DNA of 62,381 nucleotides, the filler included, from Asterionella formosa (lineage: Eukaryota), in assembly GCA_002256025.1 (NCBI GenBank). It is 19 parts of 19 records of this genome, joined end to end, with 100 filler letters (N's around TTAATTAATTAA, not from the genome) between each part and the next. Parts side by side here need not be neighbours in the genome. Positions count along the whole stretch, not along the records: positions 36,220 to 39,403 come from NKIB01014378.1; positions 39,504 to 42,687 come from NKIB01014379.1; positions 42,788 to 45,970 come from NKIB01014380.1; positions 46,071 to 49,253 come from NKIB01014381.1; 15 more parts are not named here. One strand, 5' to 3'. Shown piece by piece: positions 36,120-49,250 of the stretch (position 1 is the first letter of the stretch; every line of letters starts with the position of its first letter). The translations under genes were made by a program, and so were the position numbers. The notes beneath the pieces were generated by a model that had not been told where the DNA came from, searched no databases, and saw only the letters and a program-made list of their open reading frames with translations.

Positions 36120-36790
36120 NNNNNNNNNNNNNNNNNNNNNNNNNNNNNNNNNNNNNNNNNNNNTTAATTAATTAANNNNNNNNNNNNNNNNNNNNNNNNN
36201 NNNNNNNNNNNNNNNNNNNATGTATAAACATATGTAAATCAGATATCAACAATGTATGTATGTATCTTCAGAAAGAATGCCGGTGGTCAGTCAAATAACA
36301 GAGTTAATAACGGTCATATGTAGTTGATCTTATACAACGCTGAATACAATATTAATTTAAACATTTAACGATATTAATATCTACGAGTGTAAAATGCTTT
36401 GTTCTTACGTATGATGACCTGTACATAAAGGTTGCTGGGGTTAAATGCGTGTATGTGTATGGGATCAACATGCTTGCTTGTATTTATTCCTCAGTGCAGG
36501 GGGCTGGACAGACAATGACAAATGCAATGACGAATAAAATTTATATAATTCAGGGAGTACTAGGGTACCGCTCACCCATGAGCCCAGCCAAACATACAAT
36601 TAATGGTGTTCTCCCAGTATGTATAACGGTTTGCTGCTTGCTGTGCTGGTACCTGGTCTCCCAACCTGATATAATCCATCACGAATGTTTAGGAAGAAAT
36701 TAGAATTCGTGTATGGCGGGATTAGAAGGCAAATAACATTTTCAAACGATCTACACTCCTTCATCCCCTGCAACAGCTGACTCTGTCACC

Positions 36791-37783
36791 ATGGCTGAAC
36801 CTTCAGAAGAAGAACTAAAGGATATGATACGCAAGCTGGTTCAAACCGTTGACTTGGAAACGACTGGAGTCAAAAAGTTCACCAAGCTTCTCTCGCAGAA
36901 ATATGGAGACATTGATTTTGCTCCTCGGGCAAAATTCATCAAGAGGACTTTGACAGAAATCATCAATGAAGATGAGTCTGATAAAGGTGAATGGGAAGAA
37001 GAGTTAGAATTAGAGAAGCCCAAGAAGGGCAAGGGTGCAACAGGTGGTTTGGCGGCGGAAAAGGAGATTTCTGATGAATTGGCTGCGTTTTTGGGAAGAG
37101 GCAAGCAAATGGCTCGAACCGAAATTGTTAAGGATCTTTGGGTATATATCCGCGACAACAGCTTACAAAATCCCGACAACAAGCGAGAGATATTTTTGGA
37201 CAGGAGGATGAAAGCTGTTTTTGGATGTGACTCTTTTTCAATGGTGAGTATTAAGTATTGTCGACTCCTTCCGTTCGGCGCGTGATGTCGAACACTTGTA
37301 GGAACTAAACTGACATGTTTAAAGTTCACAATGAATAAATATGTAGGTGCCCATGTTTATCCATTTAAACCAGTGGACTTGACAACCAACTCAACCGCTC
37401 CAAAGAAGCGAAAAACAAAAGCCGAAAAAGATGAAGCGAAGAAGAAACGCAAGACAAGTGGCGGTCTTTCTACCCCCTATCAACTATCACCCGAGCTTGC
37501 GAGAGTTGTTGGGAGGCAAATCTTGCCTCGTCCCATGGTCACAAAGTTCCTCTGGGTATATATTCGCGAGCACAATCTACAGAATCCAAAGGACAAGCGG
37601 GAGATTTTATGCGACGCCAAGCTCAAGTTAGTTATGGGAGGCGAGGAACGTGTTACCATGTTCAGCATGAATAAGTATATTTCGGCTCATTTATTAGAGA
37701 AATTGGACTCAAGTTATTACACACCTTCCGATGCGGAGGAGCAAGGAAGTGATAAGGAGCACTTTCTCATCAAATCTCTGTAG
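36791..37783 (+). CDS. DEK-C plus two SWIB/MDM2 domains (UAF30/TRI1-like); 2 exons
   Basis: Two SWIB motifs (LWVYIRDNSLQNPDNKREI and LWVYIREHNLQNPKDKREILCD). A GTGAGT...AAG intron at 37244-37324 joins FSM|FTMNKY. Confidence 0.92.
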
Positions 37784-37941
37784 GTCCTTACTATTGACGA
37801 TGTGCATGACCAACTCAGTTAAATATTTAAGGTTGTGCCATAGAGTAATCAAAGTCTAACTTGTTGCTAAGTGATCCCTTGGCATATGAATAAGCGTGAT
37901 CCTAATTTGCATGCAACTACTTACGTATCATTGTGCTCTGC

Positions 37942-39069
37942 CTAGCTTACCTCATCTGGATCAAAGACAAGACCGATTTTTTCCAGATTGGCTATGCTTC
38001 CAGGACTCAAATCTCTCCGTCGCCCTTGTATGGATTTGACCCACGCGCCTAGGCCAGGAACATCTCCATAGTCCGACGGAACCACACAGTGACCATTTGC
38101 TCGCCTGAATTCTTTCAATTGTGATACTCGACTTGCGAAACGAACTTCTTTTACCTTGGCACCATCTAAAACCACTTTTGTTTTGTTGATCGGACTAACA
38201 ATTGCCACGTCCTTCCAATTCCAATCAAAAGATATAGAGTCAAGTTTTTCGCGTCGTCGTTGAGGCATGTCCCATCGAATCGAGCGCTGCTGAGCAGTCC
38301 ATGTCCCCAGCCCATCCTCATTCGCCAGAGGTACGTTTGTATGTCCATGCTCCTTCTTCCATTTGACTAGGCTCTCAAATATTGGACTCCAAATCCAATC
38401 TTTATACTTGGTCCGAACCCCACTTTGAAAATCAGCTGAATAAACAACATCGTTGGTAAGTGATGTTGGTTGAAGGTGTCCCCAGTGGAAGCCAGCTTGA
38501 TCCAAACGCTCCTTTTGCGCTAGAGGCAAATACTCAGTTCCCCAGTTCGCCTTGTCGGCAAGATTGAGTACTCCAAGTGTCTTCATGAATGCTTTGCGTT
38601 GGTTCGCCATCCAATTTCGGAGCAATGCCTCTTCAATCGGATCCGAAGGGCCTTCATCGTTCCATCTATTTTTATACCGCAATTGAAGCCGTTGATAGAA
38701 CCATTCCCATTCTTCTTTGGGGTCGTCTGGCACCATGTTTGGTTTGGTTCTCCCATTCTTTAGTTGATTCAGGCGCCTACGTTTGAGTGTTGACCTTTCC
38801 TTGGGTGCCACCGTGGGTAAGGGAAGAGGCCGGGGTTCAGGATCATCGTATGGATTGAATTCGGTATCTGAGTCTATGTTGGCGCATCCATTGGTAGTTG
38901 CAGAGGCAGTGATACGAGGGCCTTGTCGATGATGACAACGTTGTTGAGATGATGCGTATCCAAGATTGGTTGCTACGATCGTTTTCGGTCGTCTCGTCAA
39001 ACCCAAGGCTCCAGTCAATGGTAAAATAGAAAACATACAAAGTAATGATAGCAGTGCAGATGCCTTCAT
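37942..39069 (-). CDS. Helicase-associated (HA) domain repeat protein with N-terminal targeting peptide
   Basis: HA motifs WKKEHGHTNVP...LGTWTAQQR...REKLDSISFDW and FRRANGHCVVP...LGAWVKSIQ. The likely start is MKASALLSLLC at 39069. Confidence 0.85.
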   Translation of the reverse strand: MKASALLSLLCMFSILPLTGALGLTRRPKTIVATNLGYASSQQRCHHRQGPRITASATTNGCANIDSDTEFNPYDDPEPRPLPLPTVAPKERSTLKRRRLNQLKNGRTKPNMVPDDPKEEWEWFYQRLQLRYKNRWNDEGPSDPIEEALLRNWMANQRKAFMKTLGVLNLADKANWGTEYLPLAQKERLDQAGFHWGHLQPTSLTNDVVYSADFQSGVRTKYKDWIWSPIFESLVKWKKEHGHTNVPLANEDGLGTWTAQQRSIRWDMPQRRREKLDSISFDWNWKDVAIVSPINKTKVVLDGAKVKEVRFASRVSQLKEFRRANGHCVVPSDYGDVPGLGAWVKSIQGRRRDLSPGSIANLEKIGLVFDPDEVS

Positions 39070-39627
39070 CACGGAGTCGGAAGCAACCGCCGCTATGTCA
39101 TCTATAAATAATGAACTCAAAGCAAGTACATCACTGTCATATAATATAGAAGATAGGGTAGAAGATTCTGACGAAGGATGGACGAAAGTACAAGGAAGAA
39201 AGGAAGAAGAAAGCTGCCACGTCAACTGGTGGTACCAGTAGAGTTACGTGGCTGGTGAAGTACGGTATGTATTATACGTTCATGACATGCGCTTTGCTCA
39301 CGCTCATTCTTTATTAACAATCTGGTTTACATTGAAAAACCTCCCCTGTAGACTGTCCTCTGGCCGTTGTTGTCAAATTGGCACAACTGACGACAGCTTT
39401 AGCNNNNNNNNNNNNNNNNNNNNNNNNNNNNNNNNNNNNNNNNNNNNTTAATTAATTAANNNNNNNNNNNNNNNNNNNNNNNNNNNNNNNNNNNNNNNNN
39501 NNNGTTGCTCATATAGCCGTCAAAATAGCGCAGTAATCTTACCAGAACAACTTCCATTCCGGACCTCATTGTCCCTGCCTGTTGTCAACAACAATGCGTG
39601 AGCTGACAAGCCATACTAGCATTTTTC

Positions 39628-42072
39628 GCCAACTATTCCGTTGTTTGATTGGTTTTATGGTCCTATGCAGTTACAGAAACAATGAGAAGGAATGATTTGT
39701 TAGCTAGTAGTCATGTTACATTGAAACAACGACACGCAATTCCATCGTATCCTCTTGCTTCACTTACCACAAATCAATGCAACTGAGGATGCATAAGTCT
39801 GTTATAGTAACTTTTCAGTAAGCCAAATTCTTGAATAAGTAAGTTTCGGGTATCCAATGTTGTCGAATAAAACTTACCGGTTCATTTTTGTCATCTTCAC
39901 TTTGAGAGAAGGTAAACGTTTTGTCAGCTTTGTTCCAACAGAAGTGAATAGGTCCAACGAGCGACAAGAGCACTTACGCAATTTGGTTCGGTTTTGTTTT
40001 ACATTGGTGCTCCCCAAGTCAGCTTTGTTCCAACAGAAGTGAATAGGTCCAACGAGCGACAAGAGCACTTACGCAATTTGGTTCGGTTTTGTTTTACATT
40101 GGTGCTCCCCAACAAGCGAAACGAGCTGTTGAATCAACTGAGAAAAAAGGAAATGTGGCTGCGTTTAGTTAACAATTTGATGTTGTGCTGCCTGTCTCCC
40201 AACGATTGTCATCCTAGTACCACATTGATGGCTTCATTACCTTAAACATTCTCCATCCTTCGAAGGCACAATGTGTCGAAGTCACAATGTTTTTTTCGTT
40301 ATGTATTGCGTAAACTTACTTTGCTTTTCATGTGATTTACTACGACATATCTTTTCATGAAGCAGCAGGCATTGTTTGTTAACATGACAGAACGATTTCA
40401 AAAATAAATATGCCATGAATACAGTAATAGAATTTGTAAATATATGTATATATATATATTAAGTAATATACATTTATAAAATTCAAAGGCGCTCTCGATA
40501 TGGAACATCTGATATGGTTGAGATGGCCATACTCGCATATACATAATTCGAAAATACTCAATGCACTATATGTCCATTGTTTTCCACAACTACGTGTACC
40601 GGAATTGTTTCTGAAATTTGTTTGCATCGATATTTTCTACGTCCGTTGAAACTAATTATTTAGACCGTTCAAATGCCGCAAGGGTTTTGGTAGCAAATTG
40701 TTTAATCCCCTTTTTTGGGCGGGAGCTCTTCATGTGTACCGGTACATCATATGACAATAACAATGTATCATTTATACATACAGAGTACCAGTAGCAGGTA
40801 GTAACTGATATACTGGGGGTAGTCGGAGTAGTACCGGTAAACTAGCAACAGAACACCATTTGTTCAGGACTGTTGCTACTGCAGTGGGACAGTAAATCAT
40901 CATAGTTTTAGGATTGTATGATCGTAAAATTATGATCCAAAAGAACACCATATGTTCATGACTGCTGCTATTGCAGCGGGACAGTAAATCATCATAGTTT
41001 TAGGATCGTATGATCGTAAAAGTAAAAACCAATGGAATACCATATATTCAGGACTGTTGCTACTACCGTGGGACAATAAATCATCATAGTTCTAGGATTT
41101 TATGATCGTAAAACTAAAAACCAATAGTCGGAGTAATAAGCGAGCAACAGAACACCATATGTTCTGGCATACCTACCCGGTAGTTATCATAAAATTGCTT
41201 TTATGAATTTAACTGGCGCGATAATTAGCCATGCTGACGAGTTACTACCGGTACCAGGTAGAACGTCTACATCTTTTATCAGCACCTACAGTTATGGTGG
41301 TACAATGTTTTTCCCTATTATTTTCTGTCGCAGCTTGTAGAGAGGCTGTGAAAGTCAAAGCGCTGCCCCCCGCCCCCCCCCTCTATTATACCGGAAAATT
41401 TTGGTACATCACCCATTATCGTGCGTTGCAACGGCCCACGACAGGGTGGCTGTGGTTATGGAGCAGGGGGTAGAACGCCACAACATGACGAAGTCCCAAG
41501 GATCATGAATGGGTGGTACCATTGGACTTAGGAAACAGCGAGGAAGGTTGTATCCCGCCGTATCAAATGGTTTCGAATAAAAGGAGTTGGAACGAAGAGA
41601 TGAGACAAGAACTGACCTGACACTTCTGTCCGACTTGGTTGATGGATGTCTCCCGCCTATTTGTGACTTCCTGCGCAACAAAACAAAACTTGCCACAACG
41701 ACGAATCAAACGGGTTTCGAATATGAGGAGTGGTTGGAACGAAGAGACTTGTCATAAACATGACACTTCTGTCCGACTCGGTCGATGGAGCAAAAGAAAC
41801 GACACCATTTTGTTAGTAACTATTTATGAGTAAATAAAAATTCTTACTTCCATCTTTCCCCATAGGAATCAAGCAAAAACGAAACTAGTCCTGACAAGGA
41901 ATACTGTGTTGTCGATCCGGAAAGTGGGGAACTCATTCGTCTCACAGTAGCCGAAAAGGAGCGTATCTTTCTGGACGCGCTTCAGTCCTATGATGCAGCT
42001 GGAAGGCAAATGCTCAAGGATGACGAATTTTACCTATTGAAGGAAGATTTGCAATGGAAGAACGGATCTGAG
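39628..42072. mobile_element. Repeat family A copy with an internal ~95-bp tandem duplication
   Basis: Collinear with 3300-5616. 39923-40016 is repeated at 40018-40111. The array lies at 40850-41165. Confidence 0.85.
41890..42072 (+). pseudogene. PGRL1: Captured PGRL1 fragment (longest 3' extent)
   Basis: PDKEYCVVDPESGELIRLTVAEKERIFLDALQSYDAAGRQMLKDDEFYLLKEDLQWKNGSE matches the PGRL1 pattern E..FL.ALQS.Y..G...M..EEF..LKE.L.W.GS. Confidence 0.8.
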
Positions 42073-42787
42073 CATATATATAGCTAAAACAAGGAAAGAC
42101 GACACAACAATGAACGTGATGGCTGGTTGTTGAGGATACCGGTATGTGATATGCATCAATCCATGTCACAAATCATATTATAGTGATGTACATATCAATG
42201 CATCTGTATACTTAGATCCTATCCACTGTATAATACTATCATATTAAGTGTTGACTTTAAGTGTATACATTAAACGACAAACATATATAATAATTAACAT
42301 ACTTTATGATTGCTTGATTTATATTCTATGATGTCTTGGTAACACTTGCGTACATATTTTATCGTATTTTATGGTCATTGTATTATTTTAACATGATCAA
42401 AATTATATCATAAACATTTCATAAAATCATCATAATTTTATGATCAATGAATCATAGCTATGTGATGTGCTTTATTCAATATTACGTATCATACTTTGGT
42501 GATGTATGCATCGATGTAACCCTATCATGATATCGCAGTATCATCTTATCAATCATGATGAGATGATTGGGAAGCAAATGTATTCTGCAACGTGCTACAG
42601 GGTATATTATTATATCACGCAATTTAGTAGCTAACAAGTCACTCCGCCTGTAATGTACTAAAGTCAACAGTGCACATACCGTTACTCNNNNNNNNNNNNN
42701 NNNNNNNNNNNNNNNNNNNNNNNNNNNNNNNTTAATTAATTAANNNNNNNNNNNNNNNNNNNNNNNNNNNNNNNNNNNNNNNNNNNN

Positions 42788-42835
42788 ACCAAAACACTGT
42801 TTGCTTTGCGTTTTGGTCCACCGTTAGCAACAGCC
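42788..42835. mobile_element. Terminus of the Harbinger-like family seen at 13345
   Basis: Reverse complement GGCTGTTGCTAACGGTGGACCAAAACGCAAAGCAAACAGTGTTTTGGT is nearly identical to 13345-13392. Confidence 0.75.
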
Positions 42836-45800
42836 TTGGTTTCAGTTGAAAAAGACAAAAAGGGAGTCACACTGGCAGTCACAGCTAGTCTTCTTTCTTC
42901 ACAACTTCTCCCACCATTCATCATTGATACTGGATCATTTGGAGCAGATCTGATGACCTCTTGGAGCAACTACACAAAGTCAACAGTTATTTTCAACAAA
43001 TCAAATTTATGACTCAATAATCTATTTTAATTGGAAGAGACAAGAGAAGTGACACAGTAGAGTGTGTGATAGACCTACCACAGCTATGACAGGTACAATA
43101 TATTTCACCCACTGCCTGGTTACCTTGATAGTAATTCTGGTTTCTTTAACAATTGTAAATGAATGCTGACAATCAAAGTATATCTCCACTTCAAATTTTA
43201 CCAGGTTGCTTAGACAAGTCGTGAGGTTGCTTGAGGCCCCTGCTTGTTTACTGAGTTGTTTAATATAAACAATTCTGGGACAGCTCTCTTTTAATTCAGC
43301 ATCGATAGTACGAAGAATCTTCATTATTTGTGGCATTTAAGCTTTCAAATAAGAGAACATGGCCTGGCCTTGTTGATTTAGTTGTGTCACTTCAGTTTTT
43401 AAATCTTGCACTCCAAGATTTATTTGTTTCACTTCAGTTGGCAAACCTTGCAAACCCTGAACTCCATGATTTATTTGTTTGACTTCAGTTGGCAGACCTT
43501 GCACTCCACGATTTATTTGTTTCACTTCAGTTGCAATCACTTGCATTGAGGTTAAATTTTTTTTATTAATATCACCTTCTTCACCTTTACTAAAATTATC
43601 AATTCAACAGTGATAGCCTTTTCCTGGATCTCTCTCAAGCTTACTAATAATATTCCCCCACCAATGATAGCGCTCGTTTGGATCCCTCTTCAGCAATCCT
43701 TTAAGCAGAGTTTTCAAAAAAGTCCAGTCTTTAATTTTTGGCAAAAATGTTTCAACCTTTTCTTCACAAACTTGGTCACTCCAATCTTATATTTTCTTAA
43801 GCTCATCCAGCAATACTTCTTCACGCGTATCCACTTCAAAAAGTTGACGACCAGTGCAGAGATTATATAGAAGGGCTCCAAAGCACCACATGTCATATTA
43901 GGGACTGGCTTTAACGACTACAGCACCCCTGCTCCTTCTTTTGCATCTGGTACTCAACAGCAGCCTGTTCGGGAAGCATGGGACTGGTTTTAACTCCCTT
44001 TGCAGCAACCTGCTCTATTCGAATATGGTACTCAACAGTAGCCTGTTCGGGAGGCATGTATCCAGAGCTTGTTCGCTTCTGACCAGCATTTTCTTTGTCA
44101 ATTAATGCCGCATTGTCAAGATCAATTGCAGCATATCCAACACCCTCGCTACCAGACACAAAATTTCGAGCCTTCACATCTCCGTGCATAACCTTACACT
44201 CTTCATTTAGAAACTGAAGGCACTTTGCAATTTGGATTGCAATGAAACGCACCATGAAAATGGCTTTGCCTGCAATTTTTTTATGCGATATAACATCACT
44301 GAGGTCATTCTTGTTCCCGCACTCCATGACTAGGAGATGATTGAATTCAATGTCTCCTTTTGCCATTTGACTGTCAGGTTAAGTTGAATCTCAATACCCA
44401 GATGAATTCATCCAACCCTTCCATGCTGTCAGTGTATGCAGCCCTCACGGCAATTAAAAAAAAAACTGCACCATGAATGCTCATGATTTTTTTCCGCTTT
44501 GCCAATTCGCGCAGGAATGCAGGCCTTTCTGTAAAGAGCTTGAATGCTACACCGGTCAATTGCGTTGCCCCAGGTACAACGATCAATTCAGTGCCAAACA
44601 TAACCATACATGTACCTGAGAAATGCTTCTCCTCCTCAAATTGATATTTTCCAAGAAACCTTCCGTATTTATCACCCCACTCTTTGAGCTTGGGAAGCTT
44701 GGACAACTTTGCCCTATTGGCAACCTTTTGCCATGTCTCTTTTTTAACTGAAATGACGCTACTTCCGTTGCGCTATGATTATAAATGGAGATTTCCAGCT
44801 GATCCTATTCTTCGGACCCTCTCAGCTGTTCCTTTATCTGGAAGAATATATTGGCCGCATCAGCTGTTCCAAGATCCACCAAGATTTCCAAAACGGTCCA
44901 GTTAGGTATTGGTTCTTGATTCAAATCGAGGCATGGGAGAGTCCTGCTTCGATCAAATTCATTGGTGGCGAGCACCCAAAAGAAAAAGCCCAGCCGCTCT
45001 GGAACAAAGAAAATTCTCCGCCTCTCTGGAACTTTCTCAGCTTGGGGTGCGTTTAGCATGCACAATTGCTCAAAAGCCGCAAAACCTTATACCAAATTAC
45101 AATAGGATTTGACAGATCCTTTTGTACCTCATACTGTTTGGAAGACCGCTGGCCATCTCCAACATCAAGGGTTGCATATTTCTTTATCGATTGAAGGAGC
45201 CTCGAAACACAATATTCAAATGGATTATAGCTCGTTTCATTATCAAGAGTGTTAGTCGCATCTGGGTGTTTCTTGATCAAAATATGGACAACATCAAAAT
45301 CAGGATAATCTCCTAGTTGCAACGCGAGGAGAAGAGGTGACTGAGGTTTGGAGTGCCATAGTTTGCAACTGAATTTGGGTTGTCCTTTATGATTTGCTTG
45401 ATCTCTGGAGCTTTTTCACCTCGAAAAATTGCCAAATGAAGTGGAATAAAGGGCATTTTCATGGACTTAATGGCATAAGGACATTTGTCCACAAAAGCTT
45501 GGATGGATACAAGTGATACTGGCTTTTCCCCTCCTAGACCACAGTCAAGAGGAGCAGGCATCCAAAAGGGCATTTATAATTTCCACTGGAGCCCGGACTT
45601 TCATGCCAAGGTGCAGTGGAGTGTTGCCCTTGTTGTCTTTCATCATCATGACATCAGGACAGGCATCCAAAAGGACCTTGATAACCACCACACTGGCCCC
45701 TCCTTCGATTCCAAGGTGCAACAGAGTGTTTCCATGGCGATCTTGCACCTTTGCAGCTTCAGGACAAGCTTTCAACAGGGGGTTCAATATCATCCACCCT

Positions 45801-45970
45801 GACATGGGGTGTTTCCCCCCAGATCAGGGATAATTAAAAACAATATCATCAATGTTCTCCGGTTTGAGAAAGTTCTTGCTTCTTATCTCAACTGTTCTTT
45901 GGATTTTATTAAGTAAGCGATCATCAATTGAATTATACCGGAGACCAAGTTCAGTCAAGACAGTATTGAC
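42836..45970 (-). pseudogene. LRR-ankyrin-protein kinase-coiled-coil multidomain pseudogene
   Basis: From the contig end: LRR end (VNTVLTELGLRYNSIDDRLLNKIQ), ankyrin repeats (DRHGNTLLHL, DNKGNTPLHL), kinase (VAFK, HGDVKARN, IDLDNA, SSGYMPPEQ, YDMWCFG in another frame), then 14-aa repeats TEVKQINxGVQGL. Many frameshifts. Confidence 0.8.
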
Positions 45971-46070
45971 NNNNNNNNNNNNNNNNNNNNNNNNNNNNNN
46001 NNNNNNNNNNNNNNTTAATTAATTAANNNNNNNNNNNNNNNNNNNNNNNNNNNNNNNNNNNNNNNNNNNN

Positions 46071-47410
46071 TGACGATGTGGCAACATCGTTGGTGCGTCC
46101 ACTGCCGAGACGGCGCTATTGATACACTGTGATAATAGTCAAGAAATAGCAATAATTCATCTACACATAAGGAACAAATATATTTCGAAGGACTCCACAT
46201 GCGTTTGCTGCGTTCTTGGGGCAACAACTACATTGCAAATCGCAGCCTACCTTTCCTGTAGTAAGATTTAAAATGTCACAGAGATCACTTGGAACATCGC
46301 CCCTGACGAGATTTCCAGAAACATCTAATTCAACAAGATTCGTCAAAAATTGAGACTAGCTGGCAAAGAGCCTGTCAGACTGTTGTTGGCGACATTCAGA
46401 ATTTGAAGTAGAACGAGAGATCCAAGCTCAAAAGGGAGTGATCCAGAATACTTGTTGTTTTCAAGTTCCACCTCACTAAGTAGCCTTAAACCCCCAACGC
46501 ACGAGGGGATGGACCCAGGAAAACTGTTGTTATTCAAGCTCAAATGCTCAAGCCGTGTCAACACTTGAAGGCTGTCGAGAATTGGTCCAGTCAAACTGCA
46601 ATTTATGAGATGCACCTCACGAAGGGACCCAAGATCATTGAATAAACTGCTGACACTACCTCCAAGAGGATTGCTGCTCAAGGATAAAAATTCAAGATTA
46701 GTAAAATCACTGTGGAACTTGAGAGGTATTCTTCCCATTAAATGGTTGTTTGACAAGTCCAGGGAAGTCAGAGCCGGTTGCTCCGAAAAATTGGAGTGAC
46801 CTCCAACCAGGAATTGTCCCTAGTCTAGAAAAGGAATTCCCAGATAATGCAACATAGCGGAAGCTAGGAATTAATGCAACATATGCTGGGATAGTGCCTG
46901 ACATCAGGTTGAAAGAAATATCAACTCGTTCAATAGTAAAATCGGTGCCTCTGAATTTGGAAACATTGACGCTTGAAATAGAGACCAAAATGTGATAGTG
47001 AAAAATGGTATTATTTTTTTGACGAAAACTAATCTCTTCGCAAAAGCTTGGTAGGGGCCCAGAAAACTGGTTGGAATCAAGCTGAATAAACTGGAGCTTG
47101 CTTGATCCGGAGAAAGACAGAACTTGCTTATTCAGATTGTTGTTCTTAAAGTTCAAAATACTGAGTCTCTGCAACTTGGTGATATTTCGGGAGAAAGTCC
47201 CTGACAAACTGTTCATAGTGAGATAAAATATCTTGAGAGTTTCAAGATCGTAAGTTGAAAATGGGATAGTTCCAGTCAGTGTCATACAATGAAAGAATGA
47301 GCAAATCTTGAAGGCTTCCGATTTGACTGGGTAGTGGCCCACTGAGCTGGTTGCCCCCTAAATCAAGAAGAGTTAGCAAAGTCAATTGGGCCAACTGACC
47401 AGGAATTGAA
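46071..47410 (-). pseudogene. Extracellular/receptor-like LRR gene, frameshifted
   Basis: Plant-type LxLxxNxLxGxIP repeats spread over three ORFs (46707-47342, 46343-46756, 46161-46346), ending in the C-cap CDLQCSCC. Confidence 0.85.
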
Positions 47411-47419
47411 ACTCGTATG

Positions 47420-47705
47420 TTTTACTTCATTTCTAACCGAAAACAATTTTTTCTATTTCTCATTTGATGCTACTTATTACATCACATTTCATACTTTGGT
47501 TGCTCCAAACATCATGTTCAATTTTCATTGATTTTGCATGGTACAATCATTCTTGTGTGTTTTACGCTTGTTGTACCCTTTCTATGTATTTTACCATTAT
47601 TCTGGCTGTCATGCTAAAATTGGCAATTTTAATGCAAAAAAATCGATGTGCCCCATATTGCCCCTAAATAAAAATTACCTAGAGCCTAAAAATTACTTAG
47701 AAGTA
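47420..47705. repeat. Repeat family C copy
   Basis: Aligns with 8864-9155 and abuts the broken 5' end of the LRR pseudogene. Confidence 0.85.
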
Positions 47706-48605
47706 CCCGAATGGCAAGACAATAGCTAGGGTGGGGATTGCCATAAAAAAGGTATGATTTTTACATAGGCTAGTGTATGCATACCAGACATCGCGCTCCC
47801 ACAATACATAGTCTGTTACAATGTATCCCCGTGGGACTGAGAAACCTTGTACAAAATGACACCAATTCTGAGCTCGACTTAGTAGCTATCAATACTGCAC
47901 CAATGCATGAATTATATTGTGTCAAATCATCAGCACCACTGCCAGGCATTCACTATTGGTCGTTTTATTAAGCAATGGCACCAAGTAGGAAGAGGATTTG
48001 CATGTGGGATCAACAGGTGTGAAGGAGACAGTTAACCATAGGAATATCAGGAGGAGCAGCATGGGCGGAAATCGCCATGGTCAAGGTTGGTTGAAGCAGC
48101 AGCAGCAGCGCTGTGTAAATGGCCATAGGCTGTGTATACCATAGAGTTCTATAATTATTGGAGGGCTAGTAACCCAAAAAGTTCAAAGTTCTTTTGTTGA
48201 AAAAGTAAATGGATGCTATCAAATAGTAAACATAAGTATAGGGATATAATAGCCACTGAAGCAATAGTCTGATAATTGGATGAATTGTGTACCATCATCT
48301 ACCAGCACTTTGATTGATAATCAGTGTATACTATGATCCATGATGATCCATAATGATCCATGATGATCCATGACTTGCCAATATTAAACAAATTTTATTG
48401 ATGCAGCCAGGGAATCAATCTATGCATACAGTCTAGTGGATTTGCCATTTAATCAAGTCAATTCCGTCACTACTAATTGCGACATATTGAGTTGATTCAC
48501 TCTTTAAGACACAAACAATTAGTGTCGGTAGTTTTGTATGTTCATTGCACCCTCGCAAACAATTTTTTTCATTTGGTTCTGCATTGTGAATCGAGTGGCG
48601 ATACA

Positions 48606-49250
48606 CTATTTTTTTCGTTCTCCCTTGACGGCTCGTTTTCTTCTATCTTCTTTTATCTTTAATTTGTCAAGTTTTGCCTGCTTCGTTTCCATTTGTGCGT
48701 CCTTCTTGGACGAAGTATTTTGCTTGCGAAGCTCCTTGGCCTTTTCCATGTTCAACTGCGCTGCCACATCCTTGTTGGTCACGACGGTTTCCGAATTGGC
48801 CTTGTCCGGCACCAAGTTTCCGTCCTTGTCGTATACTTCCGATTCATCGTAGGCGTACTTGTCTACAATGGCTCGTTGAGCGTCGGTAAGAGCCGGTTTC
48901 TTCTTGCAATCGGTGGACGGTGCTTGTTGCGCCAGTTCAATTTCTTTTCCCAACCTTTCCTTTTCGTGCAGTGCCTTTTGTTGCAAAGCCTGTTCCTTCT
49001 CCGCCACTTCCTTGGCCGTATGGATACGTTGTTGCTGCATAATATCGTTCTTCAAGTCACTCCAAACGGCGTCCGTCTCGTCCGAGTGCGAGTCGCTGCT
49101 GGCTGCCAAAAGCTCAACTATGCTGTCCCAATCGCCATCGTTGTCTTCGTCATCGACCAAGCCAATAATGTAGGCGCCGTATGTTTCATAGTCTAGTCCC
49201 AAGGCAGGAAGATGGTCCTTTAGGTAGGTCGACAGGTAGTGTTCGTCCAT
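48606..49250 (-). CDS. CCDC43: CCDC43-like coiled-coil protein
   Basis: N-terminal YLKDHLPALGLDYETYGAYIIGLV and C-terminal RRKRAVKGERKK. Confidence 0.75.
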   Translation of the reverse strand: MDEHYLSTYLKDHLPALGLDYETYGAYIIGLVDDEDNDGDWDSIVELLAASSDSHSDETDAVWSDLKNDIMQQQRIHTAKEVAEKEQALQQKALHEKERLGKEIELAQQAPSTDCKKKPALTDAQRAIVDKYAYDESEVYDKDGNLVPDKANSETVVTNKDVAAQLNMEKAKELRKQNTSSKKDAQMETKQAKLDKLKIKEDRRKRAVKGERKK

